The position numbers were made by a program, and so were the translations under genes. DNA of 30,903 bases from IMG/VR virus record IMGVR_UViG_3300031851_000110, positions 1 to 30,903 of that record. One strand, given 5' to 3'. Under the pieces are notes generated by a model. It was given only the letters and a program-made list of their open reading frames with translations. It made no database searches and was not told where the DNA came from. Shown here in pieces: positions 9,211 to 19,253 of the stretch; positions within the stretch are counted from its first letter, which is position 1, and each line of letters starts with the position of its first letter. The DNA comes from a virus (Duplodnaviria > Caudoviricetes).

Positions 9211-12200
9211 TTAATATCCGCTGTAGCCGCCGCCAGATCCGCCTGATCCGCCTGAGCCGTTATTGCTGGAACTACTATTTCCAACAGAGTTATTTAATGT
9301 AATTGTATTACCTAAAGTGGTGTCTGCAACACTTTGATCTAACACATACGTTCCATGATAGAATGTTACACCGTTAGGCATATAGAATGTTTGTCCAAAG
9401 AATATATGTGAATGACTTGTACCATCTCCTGCAAAGTTTGCCGCTTCTGATGTTGCATATAACGGATAGTATCCATTAATTGCATACGGTCCTGTTGATT
9501 TTTCCGCTCCGTCATACGTTGTAAATAGTCCTGAACTTGACTTATCTGGTTTGATATTTCCGTGTGTTAATTTATCTACAACATCTATATCATCTATAGA
9601 TGCAGTACTTAAAAATAGTTCATCCGAATCTGCTTTAACTTGGAACAAGTCCCCAAATACTCCGTTTGCTTTTTTAGGTACAATAACAATACTTCCTATT
9701 GAGTTACCTACCTGTTGATGTATATAACTGCTTAATTCTGTAAAGTAAAAAGTATCTCCAAAGTCCCAGTTATCTACATCAAAATATTTATTAATTGCAG
9801 TAACTACTTGGGTTTTAATTTCGTTATCGCTTAAACTTGTACCTGGCAATCTAACTACTTTAAATCTTGCTTGTAATTCATTCAATGCATCTGCTCCAAA
9901 TAACATTTTAAACTTTCCACTTTTAAATACTAATTGGTCACTTGCAGATTTAAATTCTTGTAATACTGCAAATTCATTTTCTAACATCGAACTTGTGGGC
10001 GGTGTTGGAAATGCTGTTCCAGGTACATTAATATATGCTTGTACTTGCGAGTGGTAAGAAGTTGTTAGTAAGAAAAATTCGTGTATATTACTAATGCTAG
10101 GATCTATTCTTACACTATTATCTGCAATATGTGTCCATTTAAATATGACGCCGTTCTGCCTTGCAGACTTTGTATTCTGTGTAAAACTTCTTCCTTTTTT
10201 AGCAAAATGATTTGAGCTTTCGTAATTTGATACTCTTGATAAGTCTGTACTACTTTTTGACATAATATAAACTTTGCCTGTATTCACGGAGTATACTTTT
10301 TTATTGTGGAGTCCGTTAGATGCACCCAGCCCTTCTGTATTATCAAATGTATCAACTATTGTTTTGTTTTTAACTAAGAAGTATTCGTAGTCTGATGTAT
10401 TATGAACAACACCTGAAACCGTTTGTCCGTTACCTCCTGCATTACCAATTGAGTCTCCTGCAATTTTAGTGTAGTCATCACTAAAATTAACTCCGTTTTC
10501 TCTTCTCAAATCTAATATTCCTGATTTAACAGGTCTTGTATAAGTGTAACCATCAAAGTCTTCGTAGTTTTCAAATAATATAATATCATCATCTCCAACA
10601 AACTTTTCAAATTGAATAGGATCATCTGGACTATCTGACGATTGTGTGTTTACTGGTGTAACTTTAACTTTTTTAGGATCTGTGTACCCGTCCGGATATT
10701 GGAAGTTGCCAATTGCACTATATAAAATTGGGCTGTCAATTCTTGCATTGTCGTTAACATATTTAATACTAATAGTATCACTTCTATTATTTCTTGTAGT
10801 ACTATCTACAGCATAATGATGTCTAGTATTCAGTTCTATTTTAATATTACCTGTTTGTTCAGTAGCATCACTATCTAGTAGATAAAATCCATTACCATCT
10901 CCTACCACACTAGGCGCCAATGAAGGCTGGTTAACATTATTATATCTATATCTAATGTTTCCAGAGCCGTCTAATATATTGCCACCGAATGTTGTATTAC
11001 TAAAAGGTATAGTGATAGTTGGTAGTGAATTAACAACACCAGTATCATCTACAATAACTACGTTGCCGTCATCTGTTGTAGCAGAACTAGTGCCTAATTC
11101 TATATTTGCTTGTTCTACAAATTCACCTACAGTTCCGTTTTTGTATATTCCAAAGTTAGATGTTAAAGATACTTGTACATCAGAGAATTTAACATTTCTA
11201 GAAATTAATGGAATATTTTGAAAATATGATCCTGTTGTAGGCAAATACCATCTATCGCCAAGTGTTGTACCATCTTGGTCGACCCAACTAAATCCTTCTG
11301 TAAAACTTGGTTTTAGGTTTAAAGTTGGCAATTCAATAGTATCGTATTTTGCTAATCCTGTTGCATTGTCTTGTATTCTGTTTTGATTAACGTCATAAAA
11401 ACGTATATCTTCTAAACTTTCAAATACAAACTGCGTACCTCTTATTTCTATGTCATATCTATAAGACAATGTGTCTATTGTAGTATAGTTAAATCTTAAT
11501 ATCCAACTTGCATCAGCACCTGTACCTGTAATATCGCCTGTGTTTCCTGCACTAAATTCTATTGAAGAAGATAAGTTATTATTTTCTATAATGTAGTATC
11601 TGTTTTCACTAGGCATAAATCTTAAGCCAAATGTTGCTCTATTAGTTAATGCATTTCTTAATTCTTGTTCTTCAAGTGCGAATAGTGTTTTTCTTAATAC
11701 CACTATAAGTTCGTCACATTTCCATCCGTTTTTAATTTCTTTGTTAAGTTTTACTGGTCCGTTAGTAGTACTGCTGGAAGAATTTCTAACACCATTATTA
11801 TCTATGCTTATAATTTTAACCCATTCATAACTTGACTTGTCAGCAGGATCATAGAATCTTAACATATAACCTGGCTGTATAATTTTAAAATTGGTATTTG
11901 CAGTATTAACGTCTGTGGCAGTACCTGAATTAGTGAATAACTCTGTTAGGTAACCAAATTGTCCTACACTTTTTCTTGGCAATGTATTCCACGATATGCC
12001 ATATATGGAAATATCAAACATGTCTTGATATTGTGGCTCTTCCTTAATTGCTGTCCTATACGAACTGTATATAAAATCGTTTAATTTTAAATTCTTTACT
12101 ATTATTGGGAATTTAGTATTAATAAAATCCTGTGCTGTATTAGTTTGCGTAATAGTAAATGTATCGCTAGAGTTACTTGCCTCCTCATACAATGCTCCGT

Positions 12201-13647
12201 CTTCTGCAATGTTTGTTGTAGTCTGGAATGTGCTAGTAGGATCGGTAATATCAATATATCTACTATGCCCTGCATGTGTTTTATTAGTAACTTTTAGTTT
12301 TTTAATATTTGTACTTTTAGCCAACGGTAGTACTTGATAATCTTGTGCTGTTATCATTCTGTCTTGAGCATAGTAAGCCTTAGGTGCTCTTTCTTTAATG
12401 CCTGCTAAACTTTCTGCTGGTAAACTATTTGTTACAGCATTTTCTAATCTGGTTGTTATTGTTAAATTGTATTGTTTTCCGTCTTGTGTTAAGTAAGGTA
12501 TTGTTGTAACAGTTGCTCTAACATCATCTGGTTGCAGTTGGAATCTTTCGTTATCACTTACTCTATAAAATGCTCTATATTTTCCTACTGGTACATTTGC
12601 AAAGTTACCGTCTGCAAATTGTAGTTTAATACCACCTGTACCTAAGTTTTGTACAGCATATAGCAACGGTGTGTTTTTTGCTTTAGTATTATACATAAGT
12701 GTTTGTCCAACCGTATTTGGCACTTTAGTCCACTTTGATAATACGTTATTAAGTGAGTCTACTTCTTGTAGGTATACATCGAACTCATTAATGTTTTCAA
12801 CATTAATATCTTGTTGTCTGTTTTCAATTGGTTGTGCAAAGTTAAATTCTTGTACATTTAATGTTCCTTGTTTGAACATCATAAAGAATCCTGTGTTCTT
12901 ACTTAAAAGACCTAAGCCGTCGTTTCTATGAATAATTGAAAAGTTATTTGTAGCATCAGGATGTTTTTCTGCAAATACACCTGCATCTTCAAAATCCATA
13001 TTTACAAAATCAAAATTTCTATTTACACCGTTAACGTTTACACTGAAGTTATGTGCTAGTGGAGAATTGTTAGGAGTATTAATATCATATCTATCTGTTA
13101 GTATGCCTCCAATTGTTCCTGTTTTAACAGGTTTACTAAATCTGTTTACATTTCCAAATGCACTATTCATAATAGTTATAAACTGTTCGTAACTATCTGG
13201 GTTGTTGGCATCGTTCCAACTAATTGTTCTATCGTTTAAATTATTTCCTGCACTATCTGTTAATGGCTCATTGGTTGAAACACTAACAATTTTCATTAAG
13301 CCACTAGCAGGAATATTTCTTTTAGGATTGTAACCTAATTGTCTAGCAAGTTTAAATACTGAATCTTTTCTTTCTGCTGTTTCTAGAAAGTTTTCTCTAG
13401 TATTAATATCCATTCTAAATGCAATACTCTGACCTAAGTAGGCAAGCAATTCTATAATTGCTATAAATTCTGAACTTTCAATATAGTCATTGAAGTTTTC
13501 AGGAAAGTTTGTTTTAATATATTCGACCATTGCATTTCTAATGGTATCGAAATCATATGCTTGAAAGTCTACTTGACTGTATGCCTGATAGGCTACGGAC
13601 CAATCCTCTGCCGCAAATAAATTGTTTTGTCTACTGTTTACTGCCAT
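9211..13647 (-). CDS. Baseplate wedge subunit (T4 gp6-like)
   Basis: N-terminal DFDTIRNAMVEYIK...FNDYIESSEFIAIIELLAY...ENFLETAERKDSVFKLARQLGYNPKR, plus FADG and AQDRMITAQDY motifs typical of gp6/baseplate-J proteins; directly after gp25-like gene. Confidence 0.9.
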   Translation of the reverse strand: MAVNSRQNNLFAAEDWSVAYQAYSQVDFQAYDFDTIRNAMVEYIKTNFPENFNDYIESSEFIAIIELLAYLGQSIAFRMDINTRENFLETAERKDSVFKLARQLGYNPKRNIPASGLMKIVSVSTNEPLTDSAGNNLNDRTISWNDANNPDSYEQFITIMNSAFGNVNRFSKPVKTGTIGGILTDRYDINTPNNSPLAHNFSVNVNGVNRNFDFVNMDFEDAGVFAEKHPDATNNFSIIHRNDGLGLLSKNTGFFMMFKQGTLNVQEFNFAQPIENRQQDINVENINEFDVYLQEVDSLNNVLSKWTKVPNTVGQTLMYNTKAKNTPLLYAVQNLGTGGIKLQFADGNFANVPVGKYRAFYRVSDNERFQLQPDDVRATVTTIPYLTQDGKQYNLTITTRLENAVTNSLPAESLAGIKERAPKAYYAQDRMITAQDYQVLPLAKSTNIKKLKVTNKTHAGHSRYIDITDPTSTFQTTTNIAEDGALYEEASNSSDTFTITQTNTAQDFINTKFPIIVKNLKLNDFIYSSYRTAIKEEPQYQDMFDISIYGISWNTLPRKSVGQFGYLTELFTNSGTATDVNTANTNFKIIQPGYMLRFYDPADKSSYEWVKIISIDNNGVRNSSSSTTNGPVKLNKEIKNGWKCDELIVVLRKTLFALEEQELRNALTNRATFGLRFMPSENRYYIIENNNLSSSIEFSAGNTGDITGTGADASWILRFNYTTIDTLSYRYDIEIRGTQFVFESLEDIRFYDVNQNRIQDNATGLAKYDTIELPTLNLKPSFTEGFSWVDQDGTTLGDRWYLPTTGSYFQNIPLISRNVKFSDVQVSLTSNFGIYKNGTVGEFVEQANIELGTSSATTDDGNVVIVDDTGVVNSLPTITIPFSNTTFGGNILDGSGNIRYRYNNVNQPSLAPSVVGDGNGFYLLDSDATEQTGNIKIELNTRHHYAVDSTTRNNRSDTISIKYVNDNARIDSPILYSAIGNFQYPDGYTDPKKVKVTPVNTQSSDSPDDPIQFEKFVGDDDIILFENYEDFDGYTYTRPVKSGILDLRRENGVNFSDDYTKIAGDSIGNAGGNGQTVSGVVHNTSDYEYFLVKNKTIVDTFDNTEGLGASNGLHNKKVYSVNTGKVYIMSKSSTDLSRVSNYESSNHFAKKGRSFTQNTKSARQNGVIFKWTHIADNSVRIDPSISNIHEFFLLTTSYHSQVQAYINVPGTAFPTPPTSSMLENEFAVLQEFKSASDQLVFKSGKFKMLFGADALNELQARFKVVRLPGTSLSDNEIKTQVVTAINKYFDVDNWDFGDTFYFTELSSYIHQQVGNSIGSIVIVPKKANGVFGDLFQVKADSDELFLSTASIDDIDVVDKLTHGNIKPDKSSSGLFTTYDGAEKSTGPYAINGYYPLYATSEAANFAGDGTSHSHIFFGQTFYMPNGVTFYHGTYVLDQSVADTTLGNTITLNNSVGNSSSSNNGSGGSGGSGGGYSGY

Positions 13648-13648
13648 A

Positions 13649-14020
13649 TTAGTTCTCTACATTGTCTCTAGCATACTCTACAAATAAAGTGTCTTCGTTT
13701 AAGAAAGGTTTAAACTTTAAATGTACAGTTACTCTAATAGTATGGTCGAGTACTTGCGTGAACATGTCTGTGATTTCAACTCTAGGATCTTTAGAAACTA
13801 CTCTGTCTATATCTTCCTTGATTTCTTCCACCACAAATTCATCCAATGGGTTCATTAGTATATCCCAAATGCGTGTTCCGTAGTTTGGTCTCATTACTCG
13901 TTCGCCCTTTCTTGAATAGAGCTCGTTGAGTAAGTCTGATTTAATTAGTTCACCATCAATTTTAGTAAATGGTGCCCTTACCTTCCCTACCGTGCTAAAG
14001 CCTCGATAAATGTTTGCCAT
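13649..14020 (-). CDS. Baseplate wedge subunit, gp25/GPW family
   Basis: IKSDLLNELYSRKGERVMRPNYGTRIWDILMNPLD...DPRVEI is the gp25 signature. Start at 14020 (MANIYRGFST) preferred over 14035 because the late promoter overlaps the upstream codons. Confidence 0.9.
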   Translation of the reverse strand: MANIYRGFSTVGKVRAPFTKIDGELIKSDLLNELYSRKGERVMRPNYGTRIWDILMNPLDEFVVEEIKEDIDRVVSKDPRVEITDMFTQVLDHTIRVTVHLKFKPFLNEDTLFVEYARDNVEN

Positions 14021-14025
14021 ATCAA

Positions 14026-14033
14026 TATTTATC
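14026..14033 (-). promoter_or_regulatory. Putative late promoter GATAAATA
   Basis: Variant of the T4 late box TATAAATA, 5 nt upstream of the gp25 ATG; same octamer recurs upstream of other structural genes. Confidence 0.7.
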
Positions 14034-14040
14034 ATAAACG

Positions 14041-14058
14041 ATTAAAACTAGTTTTAAT
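14041..14058. promoter_or_regulatory. Perfect 18-bp palindrome ATTAAAACTAGTTTTAAT, putative operator
   Basis: Lies between a late promoter and a divergent sigma70 promoter; 16-bp core repeated at 29944-29959. Confidence 0.6.
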
Positions 14059-14073
14059 ATGCCTAAAAAAAGG

Positions 14074-14102
14074 TTGACTTTGTAAATAGTTGAATACATA
14101 AT
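14074..14102 (+). promoter_or_regulatory. Sigma70-type early promoter
   Basis: TTGACT (14074-14079), 17-nt spacer, CATAAT (14097-14102), A-tract upstream. Confidence 0.7.
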
Positions 14103-14147
14103 AGCATAGTAAGAATTATCTTGCTTATAAAACTAAGGAAACGTAAA

Positions 14148-14426
14148 ATGCGTAATATCATTGACCGATTTGATGGAATCTGCAAAAAAGCCGACGACAT
14201 CAATAGGAAAATTAAACTTACTGATGGTTCTCGAGGTTACGGCCCGAGATTTTTTAAAATGCAACACAAAAAGCAAAACCGTCTACATTCTGTAGGCATT
14301 TATGATTACTATACTAAGAACTATGTTCTCTTTGAGATGGTCAACTTAGTTGGTCAAAAAGGTAAAGTGCCCCAAGAATTTTATGACATGGAAAACATGT
14401 TGAAAAATGCACTACCACAACTGTAA
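14148..14426 (+). CDS. Hypothetical protein (92 aa)
   Basis: ATG 14148 preceded by AAGGA; first gene after sigma70 promoter; overlaps the next gene. No motif recognised. Confidence 0.7.
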   Translation: MRNIIDRFDGICKKADDINRKIKLTDGSRGYGPRFFKMQHKKQNRLHSVGIYDYYTKNYVLFEMVNLVGQKGKVPQEFYDMENMLKNALPQL

Positions 14427-15036
14427 GAATATAGTATTCATTCACGGCAGTGGGCAAAGTGGATTAAGTTTTAATTTCTTACGAATATTTTTACCTGAAC
14501 ACAATCTAATTACAGTAGAATACGATACCCAAACAGCACCCGATGTGATATCCAGAAACATATACACAGAGGTATATGAAGCCTTTGGTGATGAACCGTT
14601 TTCTGTTATTGCACATAGTTATGGTTGTATTGTTGGTTTACATGCTATAAAATCTTTACATAACTGTAAAACATTTATAGCCATGAGTGCCCCATGGGGA
14701 GGAAGTAGAACTGCTAAATGGTTAAGTTTAGTTTTTAGGCAAAGCAAACTGTTTGAATCTATGAAGCCGGGAAGTGCTATTTTAACAGCATTACAAACCA
14801 TTTCAAATAACTTTAAGATAATTAATATAGTAACAACAGGATTTAACGCAAGTGGTAACGACCTTGCCGGTATGGGAGAGTCTAACGATGGTCTTCTAAC
14901 TGTTAAAACACAAAAGGCGATTCCTGAGAATCTTAATAATGTCATTGAAATAGAAATGACAACCAGCCATAATGAAGTTTTATTTAATTATGATACTGTT
15001 GAAATTATAAAAACACAGGTATTTCATGATGACTAA
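14407..15036 (+). CDS. Alpha/beta hydrolase (lipase/esterase-like)
   Basis: VFIHGSGQ oxyanion loop, AHSYG nucleophile elbow, APWGGS, NDGLL (Asp), SHNEVL (His). Confidence 0.85.
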   Translation: MHYHNCKNIVFIHGSGQSGLSFNFLRIFLPEHNLITVEYDTQTAPDVISRNIYTEVYEAFGDEPFSVIAHSYGCIVGLHAIKSLHNCKTFIAMSAPWGGSRTAKWLSLVFRQSKLFESMKPGSAILTALQTISNNFKIINIVTTGFNASGNDLAGMGESNDGLLTVKTQKAIPENLNNVIEIEMTTSHNEVLFNYDTVEIIKTQVFHDD

Positions 15037-15223
15037 TACATCACTTAATAATACATTAGAAGAGCAACTTCGCACAATGCTCGTTGATAAGAACAACGAG
15101 TGCCAGGCTCTTAAAGAAGAAATTAAACAACTTAAAATGATGGTTGCTGAAGAGCAAGAAGGCAAATATCGTGCTTATATTAAGTTTGCTGATTTACAAA
15201 GAGAATTGAAACAACAAATTTAG
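15026..15223 (+). CDS. Small coiled-coil hypothetical protein
   Basis: 65-aa E/K/Q/L-rich ORF coupled to the hydrolase; its stop overlaps the stop of the convergent spike gene. Confidence 0.65.
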   Translation: MMTNTSLNNTLEEQLRTMLVDKNNECQALKEEIKQLKMMVAEEQEGKYRAYIKFADLQRELKQQI

Positions 15224-16776
15224 TTGTCTTTTTCTATTTCTTTATCTCTATCCAAATGTCCTGACCAAGGTTCTCTAGTTGGTAATTCAGGTATAATACT
15301 TTGTGTTGTTAAAGCCTCACCGTTTCGTTCACCTTGTGTAGGGAGAGGATTGTCTTCTGTAGTATCCTGGAATTCATATTCCCACTCTGGTTTTTGGATT
15401 TCTTCTTCTGGTATTACATATTGTTGAACTGTTAAAGCCGGTTGTGCATTTTGTCCACTACTTGCGGATCCACCATCATTTAAGTGTACTTCTGAACCAA
15501 GCACATTTGTTAAACCACCAGATTCAATATTTGTTTCACTACCACTTCTTATATGTGTACCATCGTTTGCAGATAGGAATGTTGAGCCTTTTGCAACATA
15601 ATGTGCATCTTTTTTTGCTGTAAAATGTGTATTATTTTTACTTAATACATGCATACTTCCCAAATCATCTGCTGTTAATTTGAAATCTTTTTTAGCAATA
15701 GCATTTATTTCTGCACCAGCATTGATATTCAACATACCGTGTTGTTCTCCTTCTGCTGTAGTTACTGCATGTGCTTCGCCGTATACTCCAGCATTTATAT
15801 TAACAGCAACATTACCATCTATATTAATATTTTTTTCTGCTCTCATATTAATATTACCCATTGCTCTATAGTTTATATCTTTTTCACTATAAATTTGAAT
15901 ATCACCATCTGCTCCTAATTCTATCCAAGCAGTACCTTTTGCATTTATAACATATATGAGTCCATTAGTGTCGTCCATTAATATTTGATTGCCACCGCCA
16001 GTTCTAATTCTTATGTTTTGGTCATTACCTAATACATCTCCGTCATCCATTACAAAACTATGTCCGGCGCCTCTATGAGTGCCGTCTTTCTTTGCAGTAT
16101 CTAAGTTGATGTATTCTGGTCCTGGTGTACTAATACCATAAACTCTACTAGGTGATTCTCTTCTAGCACTTGCGTTAGATACTCCTCTTAATGGATCTAA
16201 TATTAAGCCTTGGTCCAATATTGGTTTCGTTATGTACGGATGTAAAGGTCTAGTAGCATTTTTGCCATGGTCTATATCTGGTGTATTTCTATTTACTTCT
16301 CCGACAGGTAATTTTATGTCTGTACCAAAAGTTTTACCACCTGCTAGTCCTGGTACCATATTTTGCATTTGATCCGGGAATAAACATCCTATACAAAATG
16401 GAAATTTAGATTTTCCATCAGCAAAACAAATTAATACCCAATTACCTGGATCAGGCGGAACCATCCACATGCCATATGTTTTTTGTGTTTCTGTATAAGC
16501 GGCTAAATTATCTCCAATTTTATTACCAGGGGTACTTCCAGCAAAAGGAGAACTCCAATAAGCATTTACATAGTTACTAGGGTTGTCTCTATCTTTTCCT
16601 AGAGCAGGTAACCATACGGTTAAACGACCACTATTAGTATCATCTTTTGGACGAACAATAATTTCACCTAAGTAAATACCAAAGTCTAAGTCAGCCTGTT
16701 TTTTAAGACTTTGCGTAGGGTTTGATAAACTTTGTTTAAATTTATCTGCTGTATATCTTCCGCTTTTTAATCCCAT
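15220..16776 (-). CDS. Baseplate central spike (gp5/VgrG C-terminal-like), no lysozyme domain evident
   Basis: N-terminal OB-fold-like region (DDTNSGRLTVW...GMWMVPPDPGNWVLICF), GHSFVMDD / GNQILMDD motifs, then beta-helix-like repeats ending GSEVHLN. Confidence 0.8.
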   Translation of the reverse strand: MGLKSGRYTADKFKQSLSNPTQSLKKQADLDFGIYLGEIIVRPKDDTNSGRLTVWLPALGKDRDNPSNYVNAYWSSPFAGSTPGNKIGDNLAAYTETQKTYGMWMVPPDPGNWVLICFADGKSKFPFCIGCLFPDQMQNMVPGLAGGKTFGTDIKLPVGEVNRNTPDIDHGKNATRPLHPYITKPILDQGLILDPLRGVSNASARRESPSRVYGISTPGPEYINLDTAKKDGTHRGAGHSFVMDDGDVLGNDQNIRIRTGGGNQILMDDTNGLIYVINAKGTAWIELGADGDIQIYSEKDINYRAMGNINMRAEKNINIDGNVAVNINAGVYGEAHAVTTAEGEQHGMLNINAGAEINAIAKKDFKLTADDLGSMHVLSKNNTHFTAKKDAHYVAKGSTFLSANDGTHIRSGSETNIESGGLTNVLGSEVHLNDGGSASSGQNAQPALTVQQYVIPEEEIQKPEWEYEFQDTTEDNPLPTQGERNGEALTTQSIIPELPTREPWSGHLDRDKEIEKDN

Positions 16777-19253
16777 TATCCGCCTCCCCTATTCTCTTCG
16801 AATTCTCTTTGTTGTTGTGCATTTACTTCATCTGCCATTGCGGCTATTTCCGCATCTGTTAATTCGTCATCGCCTTCTGATTGTCCGTAATCAACATTAG
16901 TCATGTCGAAGTTGGCTAAACTTAATGCTGTTTGTTTTTTAGCATTTAGTTCACAATCAAACATGCCGTTACTAAAGTTTGCAGTAACTTGGAATATCTG
17001 ATATACTCCACTCAAAAAGTATGCTGTTCCTTGTTTAGACATGTAACCAGTGTTATTATCTTCATCGTCTAAATCAGGATCTATAACACGTGGTGTTTGC
17101 ATTGTAAACAAAAAGTAGTTATCATTGCTACTATACGATATAGCATCATTATCGGTAACTGCTTGAGCATCTTCTACAGCAGATGTAAGACCTGACGGTT
17201 TCATTGGGTCTACTGGCATTGGACCCAGGTACCAAGGATCACCCCTAACAGTTAACCCTAAGTCTACAAGTATACTAGCATCGTTTACATTATTATACAT
17301 ATATCCAAATAGTGTTGCTTTAGGAGTACCATCACTTGTATTACCACTAGTTGCAACCACACTCTTTGTATAGTCAAACGATGGTTTAGAATCAGTAGCA
17401 ATATCTCCACGTATCTGAGACACAAGAGTATTAATGGCTTGTTGTCCAGATAGTTCGCCTATAACTGTTTCTGAGCCACCTGCATTATCTAATAAATCTG
17501 CACCATAAATATACCCACTTGCCTCAGGTGTGTATGGTATTTCCATTGGATTACTATAGTCTTGGTCTACAGGCGTATTAAAGTCTGCATTGCCGTTTGC
17601 ACTTTTATAATACCCTAACGGATTTTGTCCGTTATTGTTTAAAAATATTATTGCTTCTGCTAAGTTGTTTTGTTTTTCTTTAGAATCTTTTAATTCTTCA
17701 GCCTCTGCGTTTGTTAATCCTAATGTATCTTGGATACGTTGCATTGTACTAGGATCGTCCATTGCTTTTATTATACCGTCTTTCTCTTCTTGCTTGGCGG
17801 CTACTTCGGCTTTTTTATTCTTGCCGTCTAGGTCTCCGTCACTGACAGGAGCACCTGGTTTATTAGGACTAGTTGATGTATCACCTATTAAGCCTCCGCC
17901 CGGAGCACCTAATAATAACTGTCCTGCTTTATATGATATATCTGCTTTTAATATTTGGTCATTTAACCCTGTATACATATAATGATATGCTTTTTTAATA
18001 TTCATTTCTTTTATACGTTTTGTTACATTATCTTTGTCTAAGTTAAACTCTCCCGGACTAATTGATAAATCTTGATCTGCTGTTTGATATATCATAGGTT
18101 TGTATGTTACACGTCTTGCGTATGTATTTCTTCTTTTGTCGTAATCTAAATATTCGATATCTGCTTCTATTTTATACCAATGTGTAAATGTTTGATTTAA
18201 GTCTACGCCATCTTCATCTATGTTAGGACTATCAAACTTTTTCTTTCTGGTACACTTTTCTAAAAATTCGTCATTCATTACAAATAATGTTGTAAAAATT
18301 TTGTGAAAGTTTGTACCTTCTTTAAGTTGTATTCTGTCTCGTTTCCAGATTCCGCCAGTTGCTTTAACGCCACCGTCTAGACTTTCTGGATTATCTTCTA
18401 AAACTTTTTCGTACTCTTCTCTAGTCTTAATGCCTTGTGCTTCAGCATTCATTAACCTGTTTATTTGTTCTGCATTTTCATAATTTGAATATTTTATTTT
18501 ACCCTTACCTAACATTTCTTCTATTTGTGATAAATCAAAAACTACTTCGTCATGAACTTGTTCTTCTTTGTAATTGTCTTCTCTGTATTTCTTTAATGTT
18601 TCTTCTAAATCTTCCATGCACTCTTTAATAGTACTACCAGTCATACTAGTATCTGCAGGAATAGTGTAAAAGGTATCTGAATAAGCACTATCACTTCCTA
18701 TTACAACTGAAAAATCGTAAGTGCTACCATCTTCTGTTATTGCAACATCGATAGTTGCTATCTCTAATTGCCAGCACCACGGGCCTTGAATTTTTACAGG
18801 GGCACCTGCTCCTTCTACATCATCGAGGTCTTCTTCATAACCTTTGAATGTAATTTCTAAAAATATAGGTGCATTTGCAAACATGCCTGCTTGTATACCT
18901 AAAACTTTTTTTGCTATTTGTATTTGATCTAATAAGTCTGCGGCACCCGGTTGGTATAACGTAAAAGTACCATTAGTTACAAAGGACCCTGATGCACCTT
19001 GTACAATATTTAAAGACAAGTTATCTATTTGTATTCCTGTAACACCTGTTTGTGCTATAATAACAGTTTCTTCTGGTTTTGCTTGTAAGGCACCATTTTT
19101 ATAGCCGCCGCCGTCAGCAGTTACATCGGGTATCATATATAATCGTAAATTATATGATGCATTGTTGTATGCATCAAGTCGGTTGCCTAATACACTTCCT
19201 AAGTATCTGTCTTCTACTACAGTTTTTTCACTTTTAGGATTTTTGTCAGTCAT
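16776..19253 (-). CDS. Putative baseplate hub protein (gp27/Mu gp44/late-control-D-like)
   Basis: Position between LysM-like gene and spike; C-terminal LTVRGDPWYL and SGVYQIFQVTANFSNGMFDCELNA segments typical of hub proteins. Confidence 0.6.
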   Translation of the reverse strand: MTDKNPKSEKTVVEDRYLGSVLGNRLDAYNNASYNLRLYMIPDVTADGGGYKNGALQAKPEETVIIAQTGVTGIQIDNLSLNIVQGASGSFVTNGTFTLYQPGAADLLDQIQIAKKVLGIQAGMFANAPIFLEITFKGYEEDLDDVEGAGAPVKIQGPWCWQLEIATIDVAITEDGSTYDFSVVIGSDSAYSDTFYTIPADTSMTGSTIKECMEDLEETLKKYREDNYKEEQVHDEVVFDLSQIEEMLGKGKIKYSNYENAEQINRLMNAEAQGIKTREEYEKVLEDNPESLDGGVKATGGIWKRDRIQLKEGTNFHKIFTTLFVMNDEFLEKCTRKKKFDSPNIDEDGVDLNQTFTHWYKIEADIEYLDYDKRRNTYARRVTYKPMIYQTADQDLSISPGEFNLDKDNVTKRIKEMNIKKAYHYMYTGLNDQILKADISYKAGQLLLGAPGGGLIGDTSTSPNKPGAPVSDGDLDGKNKKAEVAAKQEEKDGIIKAMDDPSTMQRIQDTLGLTNAEAEELKDSKEKQNNLAEAIIFLNNNGQNPLGYYKSANGNADFNTPVDQDYSNPMEIPYTPEASGYIYGADLLDNAGGSETVIGELSGQQAINTLVSQIRGDIATDSKPSFDYTKSVVATSGNTSDGTPKATLFGYMYNNVNDASILVDLGLTVRGDPWYLGPMPVDPMKPSGLTSAVEDAQAVTDNDAISYSSNDNYFLFTMQTPRVIDPDLDDEDNNTGYMSKQGTAYFLSGVYQIFQVTANFSNGMFDCELNAKKQTALSLANFDMTNVDYGQSEGDDELTDAEIAAMADEVNAQQQREFEENRGGG

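Noticed and set aside
108-13883. Short ORF-track entries (108, 1012, 1368, 4323, 4444, 5088, 5307, 5605, 7698, 10955, 12671, 13662)
   Set aside because: Antisense or off-frame shadows inside long, motif-bearing minus-strand structural genes.
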